A stretch of DNA of 64,000 bases. Source: Lysobacterales bacterium. GTDB taxonomy: Bacteria; Pseudomonadota; Gammaproteobacteria; Xanthomonadales; SZUA-5. Positions 9,314 to 18,054 of this stretch are shown piece after piece (position 1 is the first letter of the stretch; each line of letters starts with the position of its first letter). The translations under genes and the position numbers were made by a program. A model generated the notes under the pieces. It saw only the letters and a program-made list of their open reading frames with translations, was not told where the DNA came from and made no database searches. Where the stretch lies: assembly GCA_022844165.1 (NCBI GenBank), contig JALHMH010000004.1, positions 64,001-128,000 on the forward strand, read 5' to 3'.

Positions 9314-11644
9314 ATCGCTGTTGCGCGATGACGGCAACACCGTCACTGGATCAAGTGCGGCCAGCGCTTCCAGATCTTCGACAACATTTGGGTGGCTGTC
9401 ATCGCCATACAGTTCACGATCGATCGACAATGCCTCGGTCCATTCACTGCGCGCTTGCGCGATACGACCAACCGCCGCTAATGCACGGGCGCGAGAGGTG
9501 CGCCAATTGCGAACTCCCAGGCTGCGCGGGCCGCGGTACTCGCGCGTGGCCTCGCCAACGCGTTCCAGCCGGTCGAGCGCCGCCTGCGGCTGACCGAGTT
9601 CGACCTCCAGATTTGCATAGTTGACCTCAAGACGCAGTGTGGCGCTGTTGTCCGCGCCATATACCGCTCGTCCGTCTTCGAGTGCGCGTTGATACCAGGG
9701 CTGACTTGCAGCGACGTCGCCGCCCAGACGGAGAGCGGATCCAATCATGGACGCAACGTTGACGGCCTGGACGCTGCGCGCGCCGAATCTTCGCTCCACG
9801 ATAGGATAAAGCGGCTTCAGCAGTCCTCTCGCTTTGTCGTATTGCTGGTGCACGAGGTAAAGTACTGCGAGCGAGTTCTGCGCAGAAATGGTTCGGCTAT
9901 GCGCCTCGCCGCGCAGCGTTGTCAGCCGCGCGATAACGCTGAGATAGGTGCTCTCTGCATTCTCGAAATCGCCGGCATCGCCCAGGGCGATAGCAATTGT
10001 GTGCAGGTTGCCCAGGGTCGCCGGATCGTCGGCGCCAAGATGCGTCTCAAGCAGCGGTTGCAGCGGCTGCGCCAGGGCCAACGCACGCCGTGCATCTCCA
10101 CTACGTGCGATCTGATCGACCAACGCCTGGCGGCGCTCCAGGGTGTCGGAATCGAGGGCACCGAAGGCCTGCTCGCTCTCGCGCGCAACTGCCTCCAGTT
10201 CCGCCAGCGCCTCAACCGGCCGGTTCAATCCATCCTTCATATCGGCGATCCGCGCGCGCAGTTTGAGACGTTCGCGTACGGCATTGGCCGGCAACACATC
10301 AAGTGCATGCGACAGGTGGCGAACCGCAGCCTCCAGTTCGCTCAATTGCGCGTAAGTGTTGCCAATGACGCGTTCGATATCGGCCAATACCTCCGGTTCG
10401 TTCTTGAGTTCGGTTTGCGCCTTGACCGCGGCACCATCGAGAATTTGACGCAGCAGCTGTTTGTCGAGATCGCGGGCACGATCCGGATCCACGGCCGAGA
10501 GCACGTCGCCCAAGAACTGCGCCGTACGTTCGGCACGCAGGCGCTCGCGCTGCGCATGGTCAAGACTCAACGTCGTTGTGACCAGTCCACCAACCAGCGC
10601 CACCACCAGGCCGGCCGTCAGCAGCAGTGCCGTGGCATGGCGGCGCATGAAACACCGCGCGCGATACCAACGCGAGGCTCCCATCGCGACGACTGCCCGG
10701 CGCTCCAGGAAACGCTGCAAATCGAGTCCCAGGGCTTCGGCTGTGCTGTACCGCGCCCGGGGATTGGGGGCGCTGGCCTTGGTCGCGATTGCGCCCAGTT
10801 CGTATGCGGCTTTACCGGGCGCGGCAGTGAGTAACTCGGACAACACCACTCCAAGCGAGTAAACATCAGTTTCTGTCGACACTGCCTCCCCGGCCAGTTG
10901 TTCGGGGCTTGCGTAACCCGGCGTATAGCCCTGCGCGTGCGGTGCTTCAGCGTGCCGGTCCTGCAATCGGGCCACGCCGAAATCGAGCAGCACGACGCGG
11001 CCGGTGGCGTCGACTAACAGATTGGATGGCTTGATGTCGCAATGTACGACCAATTGCCGATGCGCAAAGGCGACGGCGTCGCATGCCTGGATCATCAACT
11101 GGACGATGTCGCGCGCGACCAGGTTCTGATCTTTACACCAGGCATCGATATGCACGCCGTCGATGTATTCCATCACCAGATACGGCCTGCCATCACTGCT
11201 GGCGCCGCCATCCAACAGATGCGCAATGTTCGGATGGCTCAGTTGCGCGAGCAGTTGCCGCTCGGAAGTGAAGTACGCCAGTTGTTGGGGTGTTGGCATA
11301 CCCGCGATGAACTTGAGCGCAGCCGTTTGCGCGTAGTGCCCATCGGTGCGCTCGACGCGATATACCCAACCCATGCCGCCGCGGCCGACATCGCCGACGA
11401 TCTTCCACGGGCCCAATATGTCGCCGATAGCCAGCGTTGGTGCAGCCAGCGATCGCAGCATGGCGTCGCGCGGTTTGGCGAAGCGCTGCGTCTGGGCGCG
11501 ATCGCTGGCAGCGCATAGCGCCAGCACTTCTGCCAGCAATTCGGCATTGACTCCTGCCGCGTGCAGCGAAGGCTCGCGCTCGTCCGGCTCAAGCTCGACC
11601 GCGATCTCGAACCACTCGCGCAATCCCGGTGACGACTCAGCCAT
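9311..11644 (-). CDS. Ser/Thr protein kinase with TM segment and TPR-like periplasmic domain
   Basis: GRGGMGWVY, HPNIAHLLDGG, HCDIKPSN, DFG, YTPGYASPEQ; TM; helical repeats; overlaps the upstream ECF gene. Confidence 0.9.
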   Translation of the reverse strand: MAESSPGLREWFEIAVELEPDEREPSLHAAGVNAELLAEVLALCAASDRAQTQRFAKPRDAMLRSLAAPTLAIGDILGPWKIVGDVGRGGMGWVYRVERTDGHYAQTAALKFIAGMPTPQQLAYFTSERQLLAQLSHPNIAHLLDGGASSDGRPYLVMEYIDGVHIDAWCKDQNLVARDIVQLMIQACDAVAFAHRQLVVHCDIKPSNLLVDATGRVVLLDFGVARLQDRHAEAPHAQGYTPGYASPEQLAGEAVSTETDVYSLGVVLSELLTAAPGKAAYELGAIATKASAPNPRARYSTAEALGLDLQRFLERRAVVAMGASRWYRARCFMRRHATALLLTAGLVVALVGGLVTTTLSLDHAQRERLRAERTAQFLGDVLSAVDPDRARDLDKQLLRQILDGAAVKAQTELKNEPEVLADIERVIGNTYAQLSELEAAVRHLSHALDVLPANAVRERLKLRARIADMKDGLNRPVEALAELEAVARESEQAFGALDSDTLERRQALVDQIARSGDARRALALAQPLQPLLETHLGADDPATLGNLHTIAIALGDAGDFENAESTYLSVIARLTTLRGEAHSRTISAQNSLAVLYLVHQQYDKARGLLKPLYPIVERRFGARSVQAVNVASMIGSALRLGGDVAASQPWYQRALEDGRAVYGADNSATLRLEVNYANLEVELGQPQAALDRLERVGEATREYRGPRSLGVRNWRTSRARALAAVGRIAQARSEWTEALSIDRELYGDDSHPNVVEDLEALAALDPVTVLPSSRNSD

Positions 11645-12206
11645 GGTCGAGCGCTTTGCTGATGTGAGCGCGCGCGAATCGCAGGTCCCGCTTCACCGTT
11701 GGCACCGAAACACCAAGAACATGAGCGATTTGTTCCTGGTCGAGATCGCCGAAGCAGCTCAGATGCATCACCTGGGCGCTGCGGGCATCGATTGCTTCCA
11801 GCGCCTGCAATGCTTGTTCCAGCGCCAGCAAATCGAACGCCATCGCCTCCTCGTGCGCCTCGGCCTTCGACAAGCTGACCATCAATCGCTCGCCACCGCG
11901 CTTCTCGGCCACACGCGCACGGGCGTGGTCGATCAGTATCGTACGCATCGCCATCGACAGCGTGGCAAAAAAATGCGCGCGATCGTTGAAGTCGGTCTCA
12001 GCGCGCATCATGCCAAGCACCGCCTCATGAACCAGCTCCGTCGGCGATAGTGTCGCCCCGCGCGCATCTCGCCGCAGCCGCGCTTCGGCAATGCGGCGCA
12101 AATCGCGATAAACCTGGGCCAGAAATTGGTCGAAAGCGCCGCGATCGCCGCCGCGCCAGGCGATCAGCAGATGCGTCAGGTCTTGGTGTTGCGGCAATCG
12201 ATCCAC
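11637..12206 (-). CDS. ECF RNA polymerase sigma factor, TIGR02999-like (kinase-associated)
   Basis: LTHLLIAWRGGD, TLSPTELVHEA, DRAHFFA, ILIDHAR...KRGG, EQIAHVLGVSVPTVKRDLRFARA; adjacent to a Ser/Thr kinase. Confidence 0.9.
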   Translation of the reverse strand: MDRLPQHQDLTHLLIAWRGGDRGAFDQFLAQVYRDLRRIAEARLRRDARGATLSPTELVHEAVLGMMRAETDFNDRAHFFATLSMAMRTILIDHARARVAEKRGGERLMVSLSKAEAHEEAMAFDLLALEQALQALEAIDARSAQVMHLSCFGDLDQEQIAHVLGVSVPTVKRDLRFARAHISKALDHG

Positions 12207-12262
12207 CCATCGAATCTCAGTTCGCGTCGGCTGACGCCATCATACCGGCGCTCCCCTGATTC

Positions 12263-12369
12263 TCAGCGCCGAGTCTCACCCCCATAACTTAAAGGGCTGC
12301 AAAAGCCAAAGCCGCCGCTTCTAAGAAGCAGACTCAAATGAACAGATCCGCCTACCTCAAGGACTCTGG
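12263..12369 (+). repeat. Partial copy (right half) of dispersed ~250-bp repeat
   Basis: TCAGCGCCGAGTCTCACCCCC...GCTGCAAAAGCCAAAGCCG...GACTCAAATG...TCAAGGACTCTGG matches 29159-29264. Confidence 0.8.
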
Positions 12370-12506
12370 TCGGCGACTGCATTGGCAACCCAATTGCTCA
12401 GAGCGAAACACCCAACTGACCATGGCTTGTGGTGACCACTGGACTTTCGGAGTTGCGGCCGCATGCCGGCGACCGCGGCTCTGAGCACAACGAGAATGTG
12501 GCTGGT

Positions 12507-12534
12507 TGATCCCTCCTGCCATGCGAATCCGATA
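12507..12534 (+). promoter_or_regulatory. Putative ECF-sigma promoter TGATCC-N17-CGATA
   Basis: About 85 nt upstream of the 12620 ATG; twin of 9286-9313. Confidence 0.5.
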
Positions 12535-12619
12535 GAGACAGGCAAGTGACGAGCGAAGCCCCGAGACGAAGGGGCCGCGCCGGGCACGGCATCCCTCTCG
12601 ATCAGGAGTTCGCACACCC

Positions 12620-13408
12620 ATGAGACCATCGATTTTTCTTGCGGCTTTGTTCGTACATGCTTCGATGCAAGCAGAATCCGTCCAGCCCACGATGACGTAT
12701 CAAGGTGAGCTGCGCACGGCCGGCGTGCCCAGCAGCGGTCCGCACGACTTCCGAGTCAGGCTCTTTGATGAGCCGATGGAGGGGCGCACCCTTGCCGCGT
12801 TCAGCGTCGACGACCACGTTGTCGAACAAGGCCTGTTTTCGCTGCCGCTTGACTTCGGCTACGCGCCGTTTCGGACCGACCGGCAGCTATGGGTTGAATT
12901 GAGCGTGCGCGAGGGCTCGCAAACGGGCAGTTACACGACTCTGCTGCCACGGCGTCCGCTCACTGCCGCGCCGCAGGCGCTGACCGCACTGACGGTCGCG
13001 CCGGGGAGTGTGGGTCGCGTCGAAATTAACCCCGCAGATGTCCAACGTCGCGTCACTGAGGCCTGTGCAGTGGGCTCGTCCATACGCGCCATCGACGTCA
13101 ACGGCCATGTGGAGTGCGAACCCGACACAGGTATCACCGGTTGGCAGATCGTTACGTTCACTCAAACGTATTTTGGTGGCGTCGGCGGTGGCGTCAGCGC
13201 GCAAGGGGAAGCTGTCTGTCCTGCCGGGAAACGCATTGTGGGTGGCGGCGTGAATCCGGGCTGTGCCGCAGCGGATATCCGCGAGAACTGGCCGCGGGCG
13301 TCGTCGGGTCCGATTTACGGCTGGAGAGGGGCGGTGGTCAAGGGTGAGGATGCCTGTGGGCAAGACCCCGCGACACTCACGGTGTACGCCATTTGCACCA
13401 ACAATTGA
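12620..13408 (+). CDS. Secreted protein with TYQG...FG N-terminal domain and Cys-containing C-terminal domain
   Basis: SD AGGAG; signal peptide; MTYQGEL, GLFSLPLDFG, QRRVTEACAVGSSIRAID, CPAGKRIVGGG...VYAIC. Confidence 0.8.
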   Translation: MRPSIFLAALFVHASMQAESVQPTMTYQGELRTAGVPSSGPHDFRVRLFDEPMEGRTLAAFSVDDHVVEQGLFSLPLDFGYAPFRTDRQLWVELSVREGSQTGSYTTLLPRRPLTAAPQALTALTVAPGSVGRVEINPADVQRRVTEACAVGSSIRAIDVNGHVECEPDTGITGWQIVTFTQTYFGGVGGGVSAQGEAVCPAGKRIVGGGVNPGCAAADIRENWPRASSGPIYGWRGAVVKGEDACGQDPATLTVYAICTNN

Positions 13409-13419
13409 GGTGACCGCAC

Positions 13420-14037
13420 ATGCGCACCGCAACTAGATTTGCATCGCTTATCTTGCTCTCGCTCGGATCGAGCATTGCCGCGCAGACGCCGCTCCGCGCG
13501 GTCGCGGTTCATGCCAGTAGTGGCGGTGGCGCCATCGCTGGCGGCGTCTTTGCCGCTCAGGTGAGCATTGGCATCGAAGGTACGGGCATATCGAGCGGTG
13601 GCGCGTTCGAGTTGACTGGCGGTTTGATGCGGCGCCGACCGCCGCAAAGCGACGTCCGTGCAACGCTGGTTGACACGCCTGATCCAGTGGCTGCCGGGGG
13701 ACGGTTAACCTATGTCGCCACGGTGCTCAATGATGGGCCCGGCGTGGCGACGGACGTGAGCTTGTCTTTGCCATTGCCCCCACGCACCACGTTGGTTGCG
13801 GGCAGCGCCAACGAAAACGGAGCGTGCAGCAGCGGTGCCGTGGTGGTCTGCGCCTGGGCAGGGCCAGTGCCGCCCGGCGCGACAAGAATTGCCAGCATCG
13901 TTGTCACCGTCGCTGCCACATCGAGCGGTAGCTTGAGCGCAACCGCTACCGCTGCGGCAAACAACGATGGCCAAAGCAGCAATAACACCGCAAGCGCCAT
14001 CACCCATGTTTCGCGACGGGGTGTACCGTCGGGATAG
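13420..14037 (+). CDS. Secreted DUF11-domain protein
   Basis: SD GAGG; signal peptide; SSGGG...SSGGAFELTGG segment then DTPDPVAAGGRLTYVATVLNDGP...NNTAS (DUF11-like, similar to the repeats in 59463..61772). Confidence 0.75.
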   Translation: MRTATRFASLILLSLGSSIAAQTPLRAVAVHASSGGGAIAGGVFAAQVSIGIEGTGISSGGAFELTGGLMRRRPPQSDVRATLVDTPDPVAAGGRLTYVATVLNDGPGVATDVSLSLPLPPRTTLVAGSANENGACSSGAVVVCAWAGPVPPGATRIASIVVTVAATSSGSLSATATAAANNDGQSSNNTASAITHVSRRGVPSG

Positions 14038-14444
14038 GCGGCGGCGCGCGGTTGCCGATCAGGCTCAAGGCGGCTGCCAGAAATCGATCAATACGCCGCG
14101 CGGTCACGCCCCCGGGGACACGCTCCTGGGCATCCCGATCTGACAGAAAAAGGATGCCTTGCATGAGCCGTATCGCATGGAGGGCAAGAAGACCATGGGT
14201 TTGAGTTCGCCGATCAGCTCGCCTGGACAGTGCGGACTCGGCCTGTCGGCGCAGTGCATTCATCGAATTCGCCGATCGTACTTGACGAAAGGTTCTCGCT
14301 GATGCTCGCTCCGTCGTTCGTCTCATGGCTTTGATGTTGCTGGCCGGCGGGTCAAACCTGCCCCCGTTTCTGCCCGCATTGTGGCCCCAAGTCGATCATT
14401 AGGCCGCTATGCTTGGAGGCTGACTGTCAACACGGAAGCAAGCC

Positions 14445-15644
14445 ATGCCTGGATTGGCCAGACGAATGAGCCGCGCGGTGCCGAGCGCGATTATGGCCGT
14501 GGCGGAGAAAGCTAAATCGCTGAAAGCGCAGGGCCGCGACATCATCAGCTTTTCGATCGGTGTGCCGAATTTCTTGCCGGGTGAGCACGTATATGCGGCG
14601 GCGCGTGAGTCGTTGCAGAAGGACAGCGGTAACTACGGCTCCAATCGTGGCCCGGATGCTCTGCTCGACGCCTACCTGATGCACTTCAAGCGCAACGGTT
14701 TCGATGGCTTCGAGCGCAAGCACCTGTGCGTTGGCGTTGGCGCTAAACATGTGATCTTCAACGTAATGTACGCGATTCTCGAAGAGGGCGATGAGCTGAT
14801 TCTCCCGGCACCATACTGGACGAGCCATATCGACATCGCGCGAATCCTTGGCGCCGAGATTAAAATTGCTCACTGTCGTAGCGAGCAAGACTACAAGCTC
14901 AACGCGGCGCAGCTCGATGCGTTGATCACGCCAAGAACCAGGCTGTTGGTGCTCAACAACCCGGGTAATCCGACTGGCATGGTGTACTCGGAGAGCGAGA
15001 TTCGTGCCTTAGGCGATGTGCTCAGCCAACACCCGCATGTCTGGATTCTGTCTGACGACATCTACAACCAGATGATTTTCGATGGCCTGGGATGGCACCA
15101 TTTGCTCAAGACACATCCGCATCTGCGCGATCGTGTCATCGTGCTCGACTCGCTGTCGAAGACCTATGGCATGCCGGGTTGGCGTGTCGGCGTTGCAGCG
15201 GCACCGGTGGAGCTGGCGCAGGCATTGGTCACGTTGAACTCCAATCATATTACCAATCTGCCTGAAGTGGTCTGCGCAGCGGCGGTGGCGGCATTGACCG
15301 GGCCGCAGGACATTCCGCAAAGGATGGCGCGCGAGTTTATGGGCAAACGCGACGAAGTCATGGCGACCTTTGCCCGCATCGATGGGCTGACCTGCCCGCG
15401 GCCGCAAGGCGCGTTTTATGTGTTTCCAGACATATCGTTTGCCTTCGGCAAGCGTCATGGCGGGGTACTGATTGCTGACGATGTCGATTTCTGCAATATG
15501 CTGCTGGAAAAGAAGGGCGTCGCCTGTGTGCCCGGCAGCGCGTTCGGCGAGCCCAGGGGACTGCGTATTTCCTATACGTGCAAGGCACAAGAACTGTCCG
15601 ACGGGTTGAGTCGTTTTGAAGCGTTTTGCCGCGAACTTGGCTAG
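14445..15644 (+). CDS. PLP-dependent class I/II aminotransferase (aspartate aminotransferase type)
   Basis: NNPGNPTG, SDDIY, SLSKTYGMPGWRVG, GAFY, VPGSAFG..LRISY. Confidence 0.9.
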   Translation: MPGLARRMSRAVPSAIMAVAEKAKSLKAQGRDIISFSIGVPNFLPGEHVYAAARESLQKDSGNYGSNRGPDALLDAYLMHFKRNGFDGFERKHLCVGVGAKHVIFNVMYAILEEGDELILPAPYWTSHIDIARILGAEIKIAHCRSEQDYKLNAAQLDALITPRTRLLVLNNPGNPTGMVYSESEIRALGDVLSQHPHVWILSDDIYNQMIFDGLGWHHLLKTHPHLRDRVIVLDSLSKTYGMPGWRVGVAAAPVELAQALVTLNSNHITNLPEVVCAAAVAALTGPQDIPQRMAREFMGKRDEVMATFARIDGLTCPRPQGAFYVFPDISFAFGKRHGGVLIADDVDFCNMLLEKKGVACVPGSAFGEPRGLRISYTCKAQELSDGLSRFEAFCRELG

Positions 15645-15696
15645 ATAACGCCGCGTTCGCCGGCCCATTCCCAAGAAAAATGAAGGAAAACGAGAA

Positions 15697-16680
15697 ATGA
15701 AAACTCCCGTTCGTGTTGTTGTTACCGGAGCTGCGGGCCAAATCGGCTACGCGCTGCTATTTCGCATTGCATCTGGCGACATGCTGGGCAAGGACCAACC
15801 GGTGATTTTGCATCTCCTGGAAATCACGCCAGCGCTGCCGGCCCTGAACGGCGTGGTGATGGAATTGAATGATTGTGCTTTCCCACTATTGCACGGTGTT
15901 GTCGCTACGGATGACGCGAATGTCGCGTTCAAAGACGCCAACTATGCGATGTTGGTGGGTGCGCGTCCGCGCGGGCCAGGCATGGAGCGCAAAGACCTGC
16001 TCGAAGCGAATGCGGCGATCTTTTCGGTGCAGGGTAGGGCGATGGACGCGTATGCGGCGCGCGACATCAAGGTACTTGTGGTAGGCAATCCGGCAAACAC
16101 GAATGCCCTGATCGCGCAACAAAACGCGCCAAGCATCCCGGCCGGGCAGTTCACCGCGATGATGCGTCTGGATCACAACCGCGCGATCAGCCAGCTCGCC
16201 GAGAAGACCGGCGCATTGAACACCGACATCCAGCGCATGATCGTGTGGGGCAATCACTCGGCGACGCAGTATCCGGATATCCACCATGCGATCGTGAAGG
16301 GCACGCCAGCTGCCGGGCAAGTCGACTCGGCCTGGTATCGCGATACCTTTATCCCGACCGTGCAGCAGCGCGGTGCGGCGATCATCAAGGCACGTGGCGC
16401 GTCTTCGGCCGCCTCTGCAGCCGGTGCTGCGATCGATCATATGCGCGACTGGGCGCTTGGCACCGCTGACGGCGAATGGGTCACGATGGCCATTCCATCG
16501 GACGGCAGCTATGGCATCGCACCGGGCGTGATTTACGGCTACCCGGTGACCTGCGCTCAAGGGAACTATTCCATCGTGCAAGGCCTCAATGTCGACGAGT
16601 TTTCCCGCGAGCGTATGGCTGCGACCGAGAAGGAACTGCGCGAAGAGCGCGCGGCGGTTGAACATCTGTTCCCACGCTGA
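15697..16680 (+). CDS. mdh: Malate dehydrogenase
   Basis: [65 protein letters not shown]. Confidence 0.97.
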   Translation: MKTPVRVVVTGAAGQIGYALLFRIASGDMLGKDQPVILHLLEITPALPALNGVVMELNDCAFPLLHGVVATDDANVAFKDANYAMLVGARPRGPGMERKDLLEANAAIFSVQGRAMDAYAARDIKVLVVGNPANTNALIAQQNAPSIPAGQFTAMMRLDHNRAISQLAEKTGALNTDIQRMIVWGNHSATQYPDIHHAIVKGTPAAGQVDSAWYRDTFIPTVQQRGAAIIKARGASSAASAAGAAIDHMRDWALGTADGEWVTMAIPSDGSYGIAPGVIYGYPVTCAQGNYSIVQGLNVDEFSRERMAATEKELREERAAVEHLFPR

Positions 16681-16778
16681 TTCTCCCGCAGTTTGTCGGT
16701 TGCGGCGATCAACTGCCGCAATCGATGGACGTACGACAAACTCTCCGAATTTTGCCCCGCAACCTGCATTCAACGCCG

Positions 16779-17192
16779 ATGTCAGACAACTACTTCATAA
16801 CTTTGGAACACGATCTCGACGAGATCGACATGATGCCGAGCGCGAAAGCGCTGGCGAAAATGATGGACAAAATCGATGAGATCACCGACGAAATCGGTGT
16901 GACCCGGTTCTCCGATTTTGTCGCGGGCAGCGACGGCGGCGACGATTTGTCCGAGATCGCCGAACAGGAAGGCTGGGACATGGGCGGCTTCGGTGCTGGC
17001 GGCAGCGGTCAGGAGTGGTTCGACGCTGGCGATGGTCTGGATACCGTGCGTGCGCTGGCCGGATATATCGAATCCGATCCCGACTCGATCAAGCGGGCAA
17101 AGACAATTCTCGAAGAGCTCAAGGCCTTCGAAAAAGTGCTGGAGGCAGCACTTGCGCACAACGTGCGTTTCCGATTGGAAGCCGATGATTGA
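16779..17192 (+). CDS. Acidic hypothetical protein
   Basis: Clean ORF from MSDNYFITLE; EWFDAGDGLDTVRAL motif; function unknown. Confidence 0.7.
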   Translation: MSDNYFITLEHDLDEIDMMPSAKALAKMMDKIDEITDEIGVTRFSDFVAGSDGGDDLSEIAEQEGWDMGGFGAGGSGQEWFDAGDGLDTVRALAGYIESDPDSIKRAKTILEELKAFEKVLEAALAHNVRFRLEADD

Positions 17193-17336
17193 TCCAGGCG
17201 CTGCGGCTGGCGAGCATCGCCGGCCAGCGGCTGTTCGGCTGGCATGGTGAGAATCGCCAAAGGTTGATGCTGTGCGCCTCAATGGCCATGAGGTCAATCG
17301 TGCTCATCCGTTTCAGTCAAGATCTGAGACACCCTG

Positions 17337-17589
17337 CCAGAGTCCTTGACGGAGCCGGATCTGTACATTTGAGTCAAATTTTCTGCGCAGCGGCTTTGGC
17401 AGTTGAAGCCCCCTTGAGTACAAGGGGGGTGAGGATTGGCGCTTACACGCCGCAAGGCGTGTGCCGAGCCGAACGACCGGCGGCTGTGCCGCCGGGCCGG
17501 AAATGCGCGCAGCGCTCAATGGGGGTTTGGCAAGTACGGTGTCTGGCGAAGCCAGCAATGCTCGGCGGTCTGAGGCGAAGCCTCGCTAG
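17337..17589 (-). repeat. Full-length copy of dispersed ~250-bp hairpin-rich repeat
   Basis: Reverse complement aligns over its whole length with 29024-29264. Confidence 0.85.
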
Positions 17590-17636
17590 TGCTGTCATCC
17601 GGGCTCAAGGCTCCCGACGTTTCGCGCGGGTGGAGT

Positions 17637-17652
17637 TGGCACGTCTGTTGCA
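17637..17652 (+). promoter_or_regulatory. Sigma-54 -24/-12 promoter
   Basis: TGGCAC-GTCTG-TTGCA matches the consensus TGGCAC-N5-TTGCW, 37 nt before ATG 17690. Confidence 0.7.
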
Positions 17653-17689
17653 GAATGTGCGGTGTCGGTCACTCAGGAGCTAGCGCAAA

Positions 17690-17923
17690 ATGGGTCAGGG
17701 CTCACTCGGCAATATCATTGCGGCACTGGCGAGCTTCTTCATTGCGGGTCTGGGCCAGCTCATCCAGGGGCGGTTCTTGAAAGCCGTTGTTATGTTCGTC
17801 ATGGCGGCCTTACTGTGGCTTGTCTGGCTGGGTTGGATCATCCATTTATGGTCGATTCTGGATGCCGCGCTGTTCGAGGCGCCCGAGTACCGCTATCGCC
17901 GCACGTACTTTGACTGGCGTTAG
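17690..17923 (+). CDS. Small membrane protein (TM2-like)
   Basis: SD AGGAG; AALASFFIAGLGQLIQGR..KA...WIIHLWSILDAA hydrophobic hairpin. Confidence 0.75.
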   Translation: MGQGSLGNIIAALASFFIAGLGQLIQGRFLKAVVMFVMAALLWLVWLGWIIHLWSILDAALFEAPEYRYRRTYFDWR

Positions 17924-18054
17924 AGACGCCGGAGTTGGTGTCTCGCGGAGGGCCTGTTGACTGAGACGAAGTCGGGCTGGAAGGGCTCGATGAATCGCTT
18001 CCTGGAGACTTCGATAACGCGGCGCGTCGGCGGCGTTATCGGTAGAGTGCGGCC

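Noticed and set aside
12395-12487. 10-bp inverted repeat TGCTCAGAGC...GCTCTGAGCA
   Set aside because: Single occurrence, no target duplication or second copy in the window; too weak to call an element.
14000-14326. 108-aa minus-strand ORF between the DUF11 gene and the aminotransferase
   Set aside because: No motif and unconvincing composition; possibly decayed coding DNA, but it cannot be assigned.
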